DNA from: a virus
DNA length: 64,000 nt
IMG/VR virus record: IMGVR_UViG_3300031992_000005
Location: 224,001-288,000 of that record
Strand: one strand, 5' to 3'
Shown here: in pieces, positions 25,156 to 34,046 of the stretch
How the letters are laid out: every line of letters starts with the position of its first letter
How positions within the stretch are numbered: the stretch's first letter is position 1
The notes under the pieces: model-generated
The model's input: the letters and a program-made list of their open reading frames with translations, nothing else
Database searches by the model: none
Told to the model about the DNA's origin: nothing
Translations under genes and position numbers: made by a program

Positions 25156-27264
25156 ATGAAAATCGAAACATTAGTAGTTCCAAAAGGAATTAGATTTCTC
25201 AGTGATTGGAAAGATTATGGTTTAGAAAAATTTCCATTCAAGCATATTTTAAATAAAACAATTACAGGTTGTGGATTTACAGAATACTGTATTCACTGTA
25301 ACCTTAATATTATTCTCTGTTCTCCAAGAAAAATTCTATTAGAGAATAAAGAAGATCAAAATAGTAATTTAGTTTTTTATGCTAGAAATTTATATGAACC
25401 TATAACAAATTATGAACAAGATCTAACAAAAGAAGTAAAAAGATTAGGTTCTATAAATGGAAACTATAATTTCGAAACAGAAGAGAAAAAGAAAGAGAGG
25501 CTAGAGAAAGAAAAGAAACTTAAAGAAAAGAGAGAAGCTGCAGTATTACAATTAAAAGAATCTGTAGTAAACTATTGGAGATCTTGTCAAGAAACTCCTT
25601 TCAATGAAGCCAAACCTTGTAAGATATTGGTAACATATGATTCCTTCAGACATGTCAAGGAAGCCTTAGGAGAAGATATAGAAAAATTCTACATTGTAGT
25701 TGACGAAATGCAGTCAATTTTGGTTGACTCACGCTTCAAGTCAGACTCTGAAGTAGAGTTCGTGAAAAGAACCGAAGACCTAGAAAAGGTTTGTTTTGTT
25801 TCAGCTACGCCAGTTATGGAAAAATATCTAGATATGCTAGATGAATTCAAAGATCTTCCTTATTATAGATTAGACTGGCAGTTAGAACAACCCGATAGGG
25901 TAGTTCATCCTAAAATTAATATTGGATACTTAGGTTATGGCGGGTCTATTCAAGCAGAGATAAAGAAATTAATTAACAAATATAGATCTGATAAGGGACC
26001 CGTTTATAGAAAAGTTGACCCAATAACAGGAGAAATAAAAGAGATAAAGTCTAGGGAAGTGGTTATTTATGTAAATTCTGTGAAAGATATATGTAAAGCC
26101 ATTAAGCAAAATAAACTGACCTTAGATGAATGTAACGTACTTGTAGCTAAGACAGATAAAAATGATAAAGACCTACGAAAAGTATTTAAAATAAGAAAGA
26201 AAAAGAATATTGATTTTTGTTGTATAGGTAAAGTTCCCGGTAAAAATGATCCCAGAAAAATGTTTACATTCTGTACTAGAACTGTATACCTTGGTGCAGA
26301 TTTTTACTCAGATAATGCTCAGACGTTTGTATTTAGTAACGCTAACATAGATTCCCTAAGTGTAGATATTTCTATGGATTTACCACAAATCTTAGGCAGA
26401 CAAAGATTAGATGAAAATCCGTGGAAAAGAGAAGCCACTGTATTTATCACTCTAAAATTAGGTAGATTAACTAAAGAAATGTTTGAGAAGACCTTAGAGC
26501 AAAAAATAAAAACAACGAAGTATTATTTGAAGCTTTATAACATGTCTTCCCAAGAACTAGGTGAGGAGGAAAAATTTATAAGACTCATTAAAGTAAATAT
26601 AAAAGCTTTATATTATTCACAAGACTATGTTTCCATAGATAATCATTCCGGTAAATCACCTAAACTGGCATTTAATAACTTAGTATTAATTTCTGATATG
26701 AGAGCTTTTGAAGTTCAACAAATGAATTATGCTAATAGGTTTACAGTATTCTCTGAACTAAATCAGCAAAATTTTTCAGTAATATTAAATAACGATAAGG
26801 TCAGAGATTTATTATCCGGTTATCAAAAGCTAACTGTATTTGAAGATAGAATGAAGTTTCTTTATGAAGTACTAGAGAAAAATAAAGATAATAAAGAATT
26901 ATCAAAGTCTCTTGTAGAATCTTTTCCAACCGAACTTCAAGGTTATTTTAATGTCCTTAGCATGAAAGAAATTAGGTCAACTTCCTTTAGAAAAAATAGA
27001 TTAGAAACTATTATTAAGAACAAATTAGCTATCAAAGATGCAGAACGACTAGTAAAAAAATTAGATGAAAACTTTGTTATAGGTAAATTTTATACGAAGG
27101 CTATAGCAAGAGAAATTCTTGGGAAAATATTCGATGAGATTGGATATAAGAAAAAAGCAAGGGCATCAATGCTAAGTGAGTGGTATAATATAAAATACAC
27201 GACTCAATATGATAGCAATTCAAAGACATCTGTTTCAGGAATTTTAATCATTTCTAAGCTTTAA
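25156..27264 (+). CDS. SF2 helicase-like protein with non-canonical Walker A
   Basis: Motif II IVVDEMQS (DExx), motif III VSATP (SAT). The expected GxGKT position reads TGCGFTE, with Phe where the Walker lysine should be. The 702-aa C-terminal half is unassigned. Confidence 0.5.
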   Translation: MKIETLVVPKGIRFLSDWKDYGLEKFPFKHILNKTITGCGFTEYCIHCNLNIILCSPRKILLENKEDQNSNLVFYARNLYEPITNYEQDLTKEVKRLGSINGNYNFETEEKKKERLEKEKKLKEKREAAVLQLKESVVNYWRSCQETPFNEAKPCKILVTYDSFRHVKEALGEDIEKFYIVVDEMQSILVDSRFKSDSEVEFVKRTEDLEKVCFVSATPVMEKYLDMLDEFKDLPYYRLDWQLEQPDRVVHPKINIGYLGYGGSIQAEIKKLINKYRSDKGPVYRKVDPITGEIKEIKSREVVIYVNSVKDICKAIKQNKLTLDECNVLVAKTDKNDKDLRKVFKIRKKKNIDFCCIGKVPGKNDPRKMFTFCTRTVYLGADFYSDNAQTFVFSNANIDSLSVDISMDLPQILGRQRLDENPWKREATVFITLKLGRLTKEMFEKTLEQKIKTTKYYLKLYNMSSQELGEEEKFIRLIKVNIKALYYSQDYVSIDNHSGKSPKLAFNNLVLISDMRAFEVQQMNYANRFTVFSELNQQNFSVILNNDKVRDLLSGYQKLTVFEDRMKFLYEVLEKNKDNKELSKSLVESFPTELQGYFNVLSMKEIRSTSFRKNRLETIIKNKLAIKDAERLVKKLDENFVIGKFYTKAIAREILGKIFDEIGYKKKARASMLSEWYNIKYTTQYDSNSKTSVSGILIISKL

Positions 27265-27265
27265 A

Positions 27266-27294
27266 GTAACCCCCTAAGTGGGGTTACATTTTTT
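27266..27294 (+). terminator. rho-independent terminator
   Basis: gtaacccc (27266-27273) pairs with ggggttac (27280-27287), followed by atttttt. Confidence 0.7.
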
Positions 27295-27429
27295 GTCGCA
27301 AAAGCCAACATTTTTAACGGAATGGGTTATCAAAAGGACAACATAACTATACGAATGCCTTATTAATGAATAACAAGAGTTTATTTTCGTTTGGCGACTT
27401 AAACTTTATATAGATTTTCAGGGGAGTGT

Positions 27430-27503
27430 CCAATGCAGTAATTTTTTGTGGCATTATCGTTGAGGTTGGTTACCGCAAGATTTCCCGACTATTACTGTAT
27501 TGG
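27430..27503 (+). other. extended hairpin in the 370-nt spacer preceding the virion module
   Basis: 13-bp pairing (including one G-U pair), ccaatgcagtaat (27430-27442) with attactgtattgg (27491-27503). An inner tgtgg/ccgca helix is possible. Confidence 0.3.
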
Positions 27504-27662
27504 CCTCTTTTGCCTGAACTAAATAAGATCAATTATATGATATTATTCCGAACTTCGACAATTTTATAGAAAATTCAGATATAAAACTGGAGTAATTGCG
27601 TCCATAGAAAATAACTCAATAGTAGATAAGCATTTATTGTGATAATTTAACAGATACTTCAT

Positions 27663-28145
27663 ATGTTTATACTTAGAATAAAAGAATTTACCTTTCGTGA
27701 AAATATGGATGAAGTTATACAATTGACTCCTAAGATTAAATTAGTAAAGAGCAGTATAGGGAGACTAGGCAAAATATTACGATACATTCCTTCTATTAGA
27801 CGAGATCAGGATGCCTTTGTTAATTATGACATCTTCTATTCGGGAAGAGAAAAGTCCATTGGTTTTATTCAGGTAGTAGATAATGGTAATCTTGAACTAA
27901 ATGTTGTACATATGGCCGTAGATGAAGATTTCCGTGGTCAAGGTATTGCTACTAAAATAATGGAAACTATCATAGCTTTTGGGAAAAAGTTAGGATATAA
28001 ATGTATCACTTTAGAGGCTGCAGATAATTCACCGGATGGAATCCATATTTATAGAAAATTAGGATTTAAAGACTTAGGTCACGTAGTATTAAAGGATGAT
28101 TTCCTTTGGGGCGGAGGTTATACAAAAATGAAATTAGACTTATGA
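27663..28145 (+). CDS. GNAT-family N-acetyltransferase carrying the N-terminal leader
   Basis: Acetyl-CoA motif A FRGQGIATKIMETIIAFGKKLGY (R/QxxGxG/A). Leader MFILRIKEFTF. Confidence 0.75.
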   Translation: MFILRIKEFTFRENMDEVIQLTPKIKLVKSSIGRLGKILRYIPSIRRDQDAFVNYDIFYSGREKSIGFIQVVDNGNLELNVVHMAVDEDFRGQGIATKIMETIIAFGKKLGYKCITLEAADNSPDGIHIYRKLGFKDLGHVVLKDDFLWGGGYTKMKLDL

Positions 28146-28273
28146 TAATCAAAAGAAAAAAGAAAACAACTGTAGACAAACACAGCTTAAGACAGGAGCA
28201 ATATGAGGAAAAGAAGGCTCCTGGTTTTCTTTCAACCTCAGAAACTAAGACAGTTACCTCACATTGGCCATGA
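28142..28273 (+). CDS. small basic protein with leader-like N-terminus (not in ORF track)
   Basis: My own translation gives MIIKRKKKTTVDKHSLRQEQYEEKKAPGFLSTSETKTVTSHWP. There are ATGA overlaps at both ends (28142-28145 and 28270-28273). Confidence 0.45.
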   Translation: MIIKRKKKTTVDKHSLRQEQYEEKKAPGFLSTSETKTVTSHWP

Positions 28274-29355
28274 TAATTCTAAGACAGAAAGAATATACTA
28301 GAGCTGAAAGAGAGGCACTAAAAGAGCTTTTACTTAAGACAAGAGGTTTTCAAAGATTACCTAACGGTGCTAAGATGACTGCTAGAGATGTAAACAGGTT
28401 TAATTATTTAGCAACAAGCGCACAACTTTGGACTAAAGGATATAAACCTGAATTAATTAAACTCAAGGGCCCAATTAAAAATGCAAAAACTTTTTTAGAA
28501 CATGCAGATCTAGGTAAATCTTCTAAGGAACTGGAACATGTAGTTAATAAATATTCTAATAAGAGAGCACTTGCCAGATGGCAAAGACTTATGAGGCGAA
28601 AAACTGAGTCTGAAAGAATAGAAAAAATGGTTCCTCTAAAAAAGATGAGAAAGGTAGAAAATTATGTTTCTGCAGATGCAAACGATTGTGCTAAATATGC
28701 GTCGTCAAAAATTAATATAAAAAGAGGGGAAGGTAATTTAATGTCATCTTTAGCAAAAGATGCTAAGAAGTATAATATTCCTATTATCCATTCCAAAGAT
28801 GGTGCAGGATATAGTTATCATCAACCGTTAAAAAAGACACGTAAGAGCGGGGTAGATAGTAAAGTTATTGAAAGTGCTTTTATATCAGATTCTAAAAAAG
28901 GATTTTCTAAAAAACAGGCCAAAAAATTAAAGTCTTTGGCGATAAATAATAATATTGAGGGTGCTATTGTTTTAGGGAGATCAGCCGGTCCTGGAACACT
29001 TGCACATGAGCTTGGACATCATATAACTGAGTATTTTATTCCTTCAGGTCGAAATTTAAGTCTAATAGAAGATGTTACAGATAAGTCAGCACGTACTATG
29101 GCTCGTAGACTAAAAAGGGGTGACCTTGACATAGTTAGATTAAATAGAAAATCTAAAAAAATCGGGAATGCACTCAATAATGTAGCTAATGAAAATAGTG
29201 CCACTTCTTATGGCTTAGCCAGATTAAAGAAACATGGTGCTACTCCAGAACAATTAGAAGAGTTTAGAAAAATGTTAGGTTCTAACGGAGCTTTAGGAAG
29301 TTACATAAATATTAATAGGGCAGACGTTTTTAAAACGTACGGTTCTAAGATATGA
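28270..29355 (+). CDS. putative zincin metallopeptidase (HExxH) carrying the leader
   Basis: GPGTLAHELGHHITEYF contains HExxH. The start is taken at ATG 28270 (MIILRQKEYT) rather than the TTG at 28264. Confidence 0.5.
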   Translation: MIILRQKEYTRAEREALKELLLKTRGFQRLPNGAKMTARDVNRFNYLATSAQLWTKGYKPELIKLKGPIKNAKTFLEHADLGKSSKELEHVVNKYSNKRALARWQRLMRRKTESERIEKMVPLKKMRKVENYVSADANDCAKYASSKINIKRGEGNLMSSLAKDAKKYNIPIIHSKDGAGYSYHQPLKKTRKSGVDSKVIESAFISDSKKGFSKKQAKKLKSLAINNNIEGAIVLGRSAGPGTLAHELGHHITEYFIPSGRNLSLIEDVTDKSARTMARRLKRGDLDIVRLNRKSKKIGNALNNVANENSATSYGLARLKKHGATPEQLEEFRKMLGSNGALGSYININRADVFKTYGSKI

Positions 29356-29396
29356 TTATATCAATATAAAAGAATATATTTGATTTAAATTTACAT

Positions 29397-30101
29397 ATGG
29401 ACACGATTAATCCTTTTTCAGACCCAGAGTTTAAGAAACAAATTTTGGAGTCATCACTAGGGAATGATGTGTCACCTGATAATTACGAGATTATAGAGGA
29501 CAATTCTGACACTAGTAAACAAGACTTAAAGTCCATGATATCAGGGGCACCAAAGTTACCTAGGTCAGCAAAGAATATCATTCTTGATGCTAGTGCTATA
29601 GCCAAGAATGAAAAAGAACAGAAGGTAAAAGAAATGGAGTTGGCTTTAAATCAAGTACTAACTTCATATAATAAAGAGTATGGTTTATCACTAAACTTAA
29701 ATTTGAGTGACTTAAGTAAGTCGCTTATTGATGTATCTGATCCAAAGAGAAGGAGAATCCTAGAGCTTTACGTATCAGAACTTTATTCTAGTGTTAGACC
29801 TCTTTTATACCTTCACCTGATACAGAAGTTATACGTGGCTATGGATTATATTCTTGATCCAGAGAGATTGCTTGGTAGTCAAGATCTAACCACGGCAGAT
29901 ATGTTTCTTGTAGTAGAGAAGCTTATGTCTTATATTGAGCAAATATCTCAACTTCAGGATGAAGTTACCATAAAGGGTGCCGACTTGGAGTTAAAGAAAA
30001 TAGCTGATGAAAATAAAGACATAGATTTCAATAGCTCTGAATCTAAAGAAACTATTGATAACTTTATGAAGCTCTTTAATAGAGAATCAGGTATTCAGTA
30101 G
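29397..30101 (+). CDS. hypothetical protein
   Basis: 234-aa ORF, helical and acidic. No leader and no motif. Confidence 0.65.
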   Translation: MDTINPFSDPEFKKQILESSLGNDVSPDNYEIIEDNSDTSKQDLKSMISGAPKLPRSAKNIILDASAIAKNEKEQKVKEMELALNQVLTSYNKEYGLSLNLNLSDLSKSLIDVSDPKRRRILELYVSELYSSVRPLLYLHLIQKLYVAMDYILDPERLLGSQDLTTADMFLVVEKLMSYIEQISQLQDEVTIKGADLELKKIADENKDIDFNSSESKETIDNFMKLFNRESGIQ

Positions 30102-30124
30102 GATGTGACTGAAGCGCAATATAA

Positions 30125-30175
30125 CCCTACAAGAGAATTGAAATAAGATTCTTGCTATTCGATTAGGTTGTAGGG
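30125..30175 (+). ncRNA. tRNA-like mini-cloverleaf, copy C
   Basis: Closing stem ccctacaa/ttgtaggg, hairpin gagaat-9 nt-attctt, hairpin cta-TTCGAT-tag. Intergenic, 25 nt upstream of gene 30201. Confidence 0.45.
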
Positions 30176-30200
30176 CCTAATTTATATAAAGTTTGAGTTT

Positions 30201-31907
30201 ATGAAAAAAAGCGAAGGATTTTTTCAAAAGATTTTTGGTTCCTATTCTATAGGTAACTCGAGAATGCCACTTAGAAGTAATATTTTCAAAGGAAACGGTT
30301 ACTCTCAGATAGGTGGTACGGGAAGATGGGGAAAGAATAGTATGAATAGACAGAGTCCTTTATTAGGTAACTCTAGCCCATCCAACCTTATCTCGGGTTA
30401 TTATGATAGAATAGATGAACTAAGGGGATATCAATTGTTGGATATTGTAAAACTAGCAACCAACTTTTTCTCAGATTACATAGTAAATTTCTTAGAGGAT
30501 AGTGGTTCTAAGGTAGTTACTATTTATTCAGAGGACGGTTCAACAGTTGATGAGGTAAAAACAGAAAGAATAAATGAGATCTTAACGAAAGATCTCAGAA
30601 TTTTTGATTATATTAAGGACCATGTTAAAGATATGGTCTTTTATGGGCAATATACAAGCTTAATTTGTAGGTCAAAGGACGAACTAGGACACACAAAGTT
30701 TAGATTTGAAGAGCTTAGTGATCCTGTATCTGTCATTTCTAAGAAAAAGAGAAACTCGGAAGGTGGTATTGATGAAACTTTCTTAGCTAGGGGTGAAGAT
30801 GGTAAGGTTTACGAAATTAATAAAAATGATGCCTTTACCTTAGGCAACATTAATCTTCGTCTTATCAATGACATGGAAGAAGGTTATAAAACTAAGAATA
30901 AAGAAAATCCAAAACCATCTTTCGGTAAGGTAGCGTCTGGAGAATCTGCATTGGATAAAATTAGGAAAACTTGTTCTTATTCTACAAGTGAACCCTTATT
31001 CTATTCCATGATTCTTAAAGTAAAGGAGTTGATTATTAAGGAACTCCTAGTTTCCTTAATTTCTCTTAGAGACCTTTCCAGCGTTCAGATTTTCTTACTA
31101 CAGTTCGATAAGAGTACTCCTATCGAAACTGCTAACGAACTTTGTGCTAGAACTACTAAGTTAGCGAATAATACAAATGAATTAGCTTCGTTCTTGACTA
31201 GTAACTTTGACGTTATTAGCTTCTTAGAGAATGTAATGTCTCAGTCCGCTAAGTTCGTTCCTGATTATAACTCTACTCTCGGCAATAAGAATAGTATGCT
31301 TCCATTAGATAAATTATCAGATAAAATTTTGGAAGTAATGCAAACAATTGATACCTGTAGAGCTAATGTTCTTAGTCCACTAGGTATTCCTAGTTCTATC
31401 CTAGATTCGACCAGTGGTAGTAAATGGACTATCTTACAGCAGTCAGAAAGAGCTAATAGTAGAGTTAGTGGATATATTGGCGGAGTAAAAGAATCTGTTC
31501 TGAACTTAGTATTAATCTTATACAATATTTTGTATGGAAAGGATCTTGATCCTAATCTCGTAAAGCTTCACGTATCAGAGAAGACCAGCGTAGAATACAA
31601 TAATCAGATTAATCAATCTGAGTCTATTGGTGGTCTTTTGACAGGTATTACAGGTGTTATTACAAACTCTCTACAGACACTCGAGGGAGCTGCTCCGCTT
31701 ATCGATACTAAGGCTTTCTTAAACTATATTCGTGGCTTGATTAAAGATATCGACCCAGACACAGAAGCACTAATTACGGATCAAACTGTAGAGGCTTATG
31801 CAGCATTCATGCAGTCTAAAGTAGCAGCTGCTGCAGAGAATCAGGGTATCGACCCAAGTACATTCATGAATATTCTTCAGGGAGATCAATCAGATAAAAT
31901 GATGTAA
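30201..31907 (+). CDS. portal protein candidate (T4 gp20-like)
   Basis: 568 aa, upstream of TerL in the head module. Blocks IVKLATNFFSDYIVNFL...VVTIYSED...INEILTKDL and NVLSPLGIPSSILD parallel T4 gp20 AVSEIVSDAIVYED...VVALNLDK and ALRVPLSRIP, compared from memory. Confidence 0.55.
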   Translation: MKKSEGFFQKIFGSYSIGNSRMPLRSNIFKGNGYSQIGGTGRWGKNSMNRQSPLLGNSSPSNLISGYYDRIDELRGYQLLDIVKLATNFFSDYIVNFLEDSGSKVVTIYSEDGSTVDEVKTERINEILTKDLRIFDYIKDHVKDMVFYGQYTSLICRSKDELGHTKFRFEELSDPVSVISKKKRNSEGGIDETFLARGEDGKVYEINKNDAFTLGNINLRLINDMEEGYKTKNKENPKPSFGKVASGESALDKIRKTCSYSTSEPLFYSMILKVKELIIKELLVSLISLRDLSSVQIFLLQFDKSTPIETANELCARTTKLANNTNELASFLTSNFDVISFLENVMSQSAKFVPDYNSTLGNKNSMLPLDKLSDKILEVMQTIDTCRANVLSPLGIPSSILDSTSGSKWTILQQSERANSRVSGYIGGVKESVLNLVLILYNILYGKDLDPNLVKLHVSEKTSVEYNNQINQSESIGGLLTGITGVITNSLQTLEGAAPLIDTKAFLNYIRGLIKDIDPDTEALITDQTVEAYAAFMQSKVAAAAENQGIDPSTFMNILQGDQSDKMM

Positions 31908-31908
31908 T

Positions 31909-32286
31909 ATGGAAGAGAAAAAAGATAAAAAAGTATCGCTTCTCGATAAAGACGATCTGGCTAAATCAGGTATAGTTGCAGGTAGTAGTGCTGCGGCTGT
32001 TGGCGGTGGTATTGCCGGATTAGCAGCAATGTCCGGAAGAATACTTAGAAGTAATAAGGTAAGTCTGAGTGAAAAGAGAGATCTTCTGGAGCATATTAAT
32101 AGAAGAGCACGTAACAATGGGTTTAATGGTGCTAAAAGTTATCTTAAACACATGAAGACTCTCGGAGGTGCAATAGCATTAACAGGTGTACCTGTTCTTG
32201 GTGTCTCTGCTTACATGCATCATAAGTATAAGAAGCAGATGAAAGATAAGGAAAAGATTGGATTAAATAATAATCAGCAAAATTAA
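31909..32286 (+). CDS. small protein with two Gly/Ala-rich hydrophobic segments
   Basis: GIVAGSSAAAVGGGIAGLAAMSG and GGAIALTGVPVLGVSAY. Basic C-terminus. Confidence 0.6.
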   Translation: MEEKKDKKVSLLDKDDLAKSGIVAGSSAAAVGGGIAGLAAMSGRILRSNKVSLSEKRDLLEHINRRARNNGFNGAKSYLKHMKTLGGAIALTGVPVLGVSAYMHHKYKKQMKDKEKIGLNNNQQN

Positions 32287-32305
32287 ATAATAGTCAACAA
32301 AGATC

Positions 32306-32830
32306 ATGATAGTACTAAGACCAAAAAAGATCTGTTTTCTTACAGGTTTTATGGCTAAAGAATTAGGAAAGCATCAGATAGAAGACTGTTTAAAATCTTT
32401 TATTCCAGAGCTACAAGTACCTAAATTAAGAAGTGATCCTAGTTTGGGTATTAATGATCTAAAGAAGATCCAGAAAACTAAGTGGGATTTAGTTATTGGT
32501 TTTAGTATGGGAGGATTTTACGCAACTAAAGTAAAATCCAGAAAAACATTTTTAATAAATCCGGGACTTAATATATCAGAGGGAATGATGACAAAAGTTC
32601 CTGAATACAGCCCAGGTTTCAAAATAATTGAAAAGCTACCGGATTTAGCAAAAGATGTGACAGGTATGATTGCTGTTAATGATAAAATTAGACCTTACAT
32701 AGAACCAATCTTTATTGAACGGTACGGTAAGGAAAACCTTATACATTTTCCCGGGAAACATGTACCAGAGATCCCGATAATCGAACAGTTTATTATACCA
32801 GAAATTAAAAAAATTATAGCTACCTTATAG
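32306..32830 (+). CDS. alpha/beta-hydrolase (esterase-like) carrying the leader
   Basis: Nucleophile elbow VIGFSMGG (GxSxG), a late His in HFPGKH, small single-domain size. Leader MIVLRPKKI. Confidence 0.55.
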   Translation: MIVLRPKKICFLTGFMAKELGKHQIEDCLKSFIPELQVPKLRSDPSLGINDLKKIQKTKWDLVIGFSMGGFYATKVKSRKTFLINPGLNISEGMMTKVPEYSPGFKIIEKLPDLAKDVTGMIAVNDKIRPYIEPIFIERYGKENLIHFPGKHVPEIPIIEQFIIPEIKKIIATL

Positions 32831-32852
32831 GCTATTTTAATATATAATAGGA

Positions 32853-33254
32853 ATGATAATTCTTAGAAATAAAGTATTTGCTGTACCTCAAGCAGGAGAA
32901 ATGGTAGATATAGTAAAAAACGGAAAATATACAGGCCCTCCTCAATCTCCTCAGGCACAACCTCAGCAGGTTCCCCAAGAGATAACCTCAAGGGATCTTC
33001 AAATTGAGCAGATGAGATTACAAAGACAGCAAAGATTATTGCAGCATCAGAAAGCTAAGTTACAGGTGCAAGAAGGATTAGCAAGAACAAGAGCCATTAC
33101 ACAAAGACAGAAAATAGAAGACGAAAAAAGAGAGCATGATTTAAAGAATATAATGGAAATACATAAGAGAATTTACGATGATAATGAAGTACATAATCCC
33201 ACATTATATAAATCAAAGTCAACTATTACTGCACCTGTAGCTATGCCTAAATAA
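32853..33254 (+). CDS. leader-bearing Q-rich coiled-coil protein
   Basis: Leader MIILRNKVFA, then PQSPQAQPQQVPQ and QMRLQRQQRLLQHQKAKLQVQ. Confidence 0.65.
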   Translation: MIILRNKVFAVPQAGEMVDIVKNGKYTGPPQSPQAQPQQVPQEITSRDLQIEQMRLQRQQRLLQHQKAKLQVQEGLARTRAITQRQKIEDEKREHDLKNIMEIHKRIYDDNEVHNPTLYKSKSTITAPVAMPK

Positions 33255-33264
33255 TATTGTAATT

Positions 33265-33366
33265 ATGGAAGAGAAGGAGAAACTTTTCACTGTTGGAGTA
33301 GAAAATATTCGGGCAGAGGAAAAGAAAGAAAAAAATGGTTATAATCCTTTAAAGGAAAAAGAGTAA
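33265..33366 (+). CDS. possible small ORF (33 aa)
   Basis: MEEKEKLFTVGVENIRAEEKKEKNGYNPLKEKE. Its stop overlaps the next ATG (TAATG). No other support. Confidence 0.25.
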   Translation: MEEKEKLFTVGVENIRAEEKKEKNGYNPLKEKE

Positions 33367-33644
33367 TGATTATAACTAGGAATAAGTTTTATAGTGATTC
33401 CGGTTATTTGGGGGATTCTTTACGACAGAACGTAAACCTAAGCCGAGTAGAAGAGATAGGTGATAATTTAGTTTACAGAATAGCAGACGTTGCCGATGCA
33501 GGATTAGATTACGCTGCTAATTCAAACCCTATTGTTGATAAAGCAACCTCTAAGGTTAGAAAAAGAATAAGTGGTTTCACTAAACCTATAAAGAAATTAA
33601 TAACTTTGAAGAGAAAAAGGAATAAGAATAAAGGTTTAGAATAA
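33366..33644 (+). CDS. leader-bearing small basic protein
   Basis: Leader MIITRNKFYS. C-terminal KRKRNKNK. Confidence 0.6.
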   Translation: MIITRNKFYSDSGYLGDSLRQNVNLSRVEEIGDNLVYRIADVADAGLDYAANSNPIVDKATSKVRKRISGFTKPIKKLITLKRKRNKNKGLE

Positions 33645-33672
33645 CCTCATTATTTATTAAATCATAAGTGAT

Positions 33673-34044
33673 ATGATTATACTTAGAACAAAGGAGTTTT
33701 CTATTAGTGCTGCTGAATCCAAGTACTGGAAAGCACTTTGGGAAGAATATAATAAAAAATTTAAAACTTCAAAACTAAAATTTGAGTTTAGGGACAGACC
33801 AAACGGACTTATTAAGTTTTCTTTTCAGGGTACTGCTCGAGTTTATATTGAGTTTAATAAAATAAGAGCTACAGATTATAATGGTGAAGATATATCTGAT
33901 TCTAAGTATTACGTTTGGCATGAGCTTGTAAATTTCTTAGAAGAAGAGGAACCTCTTTTAAAGAGGGATAATATAACTTATGAAGGAATTACCTGGCTTA
34001 TTCAAATACTTCGAAAAGAATTATTAGGAAAAAAATTGCACTAG
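33673..34044 (+). CDS. leader-bearing small protein
   Basis: Leader MIILRTKEFS. 123 aa. Confidence 0.6.
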   Translation: MIILRTKEFSISAAESKYWKALWEEYNKKFKTSKLKFEFRDRPNGLIKFSFQGTARVYIEFNKIRATDYNGEDISDSKYYVWHELVNFLEEEEPLLKRDNITYEGITWLIQILRKELLGKKLH

Positions 34045-34046
34045 TT

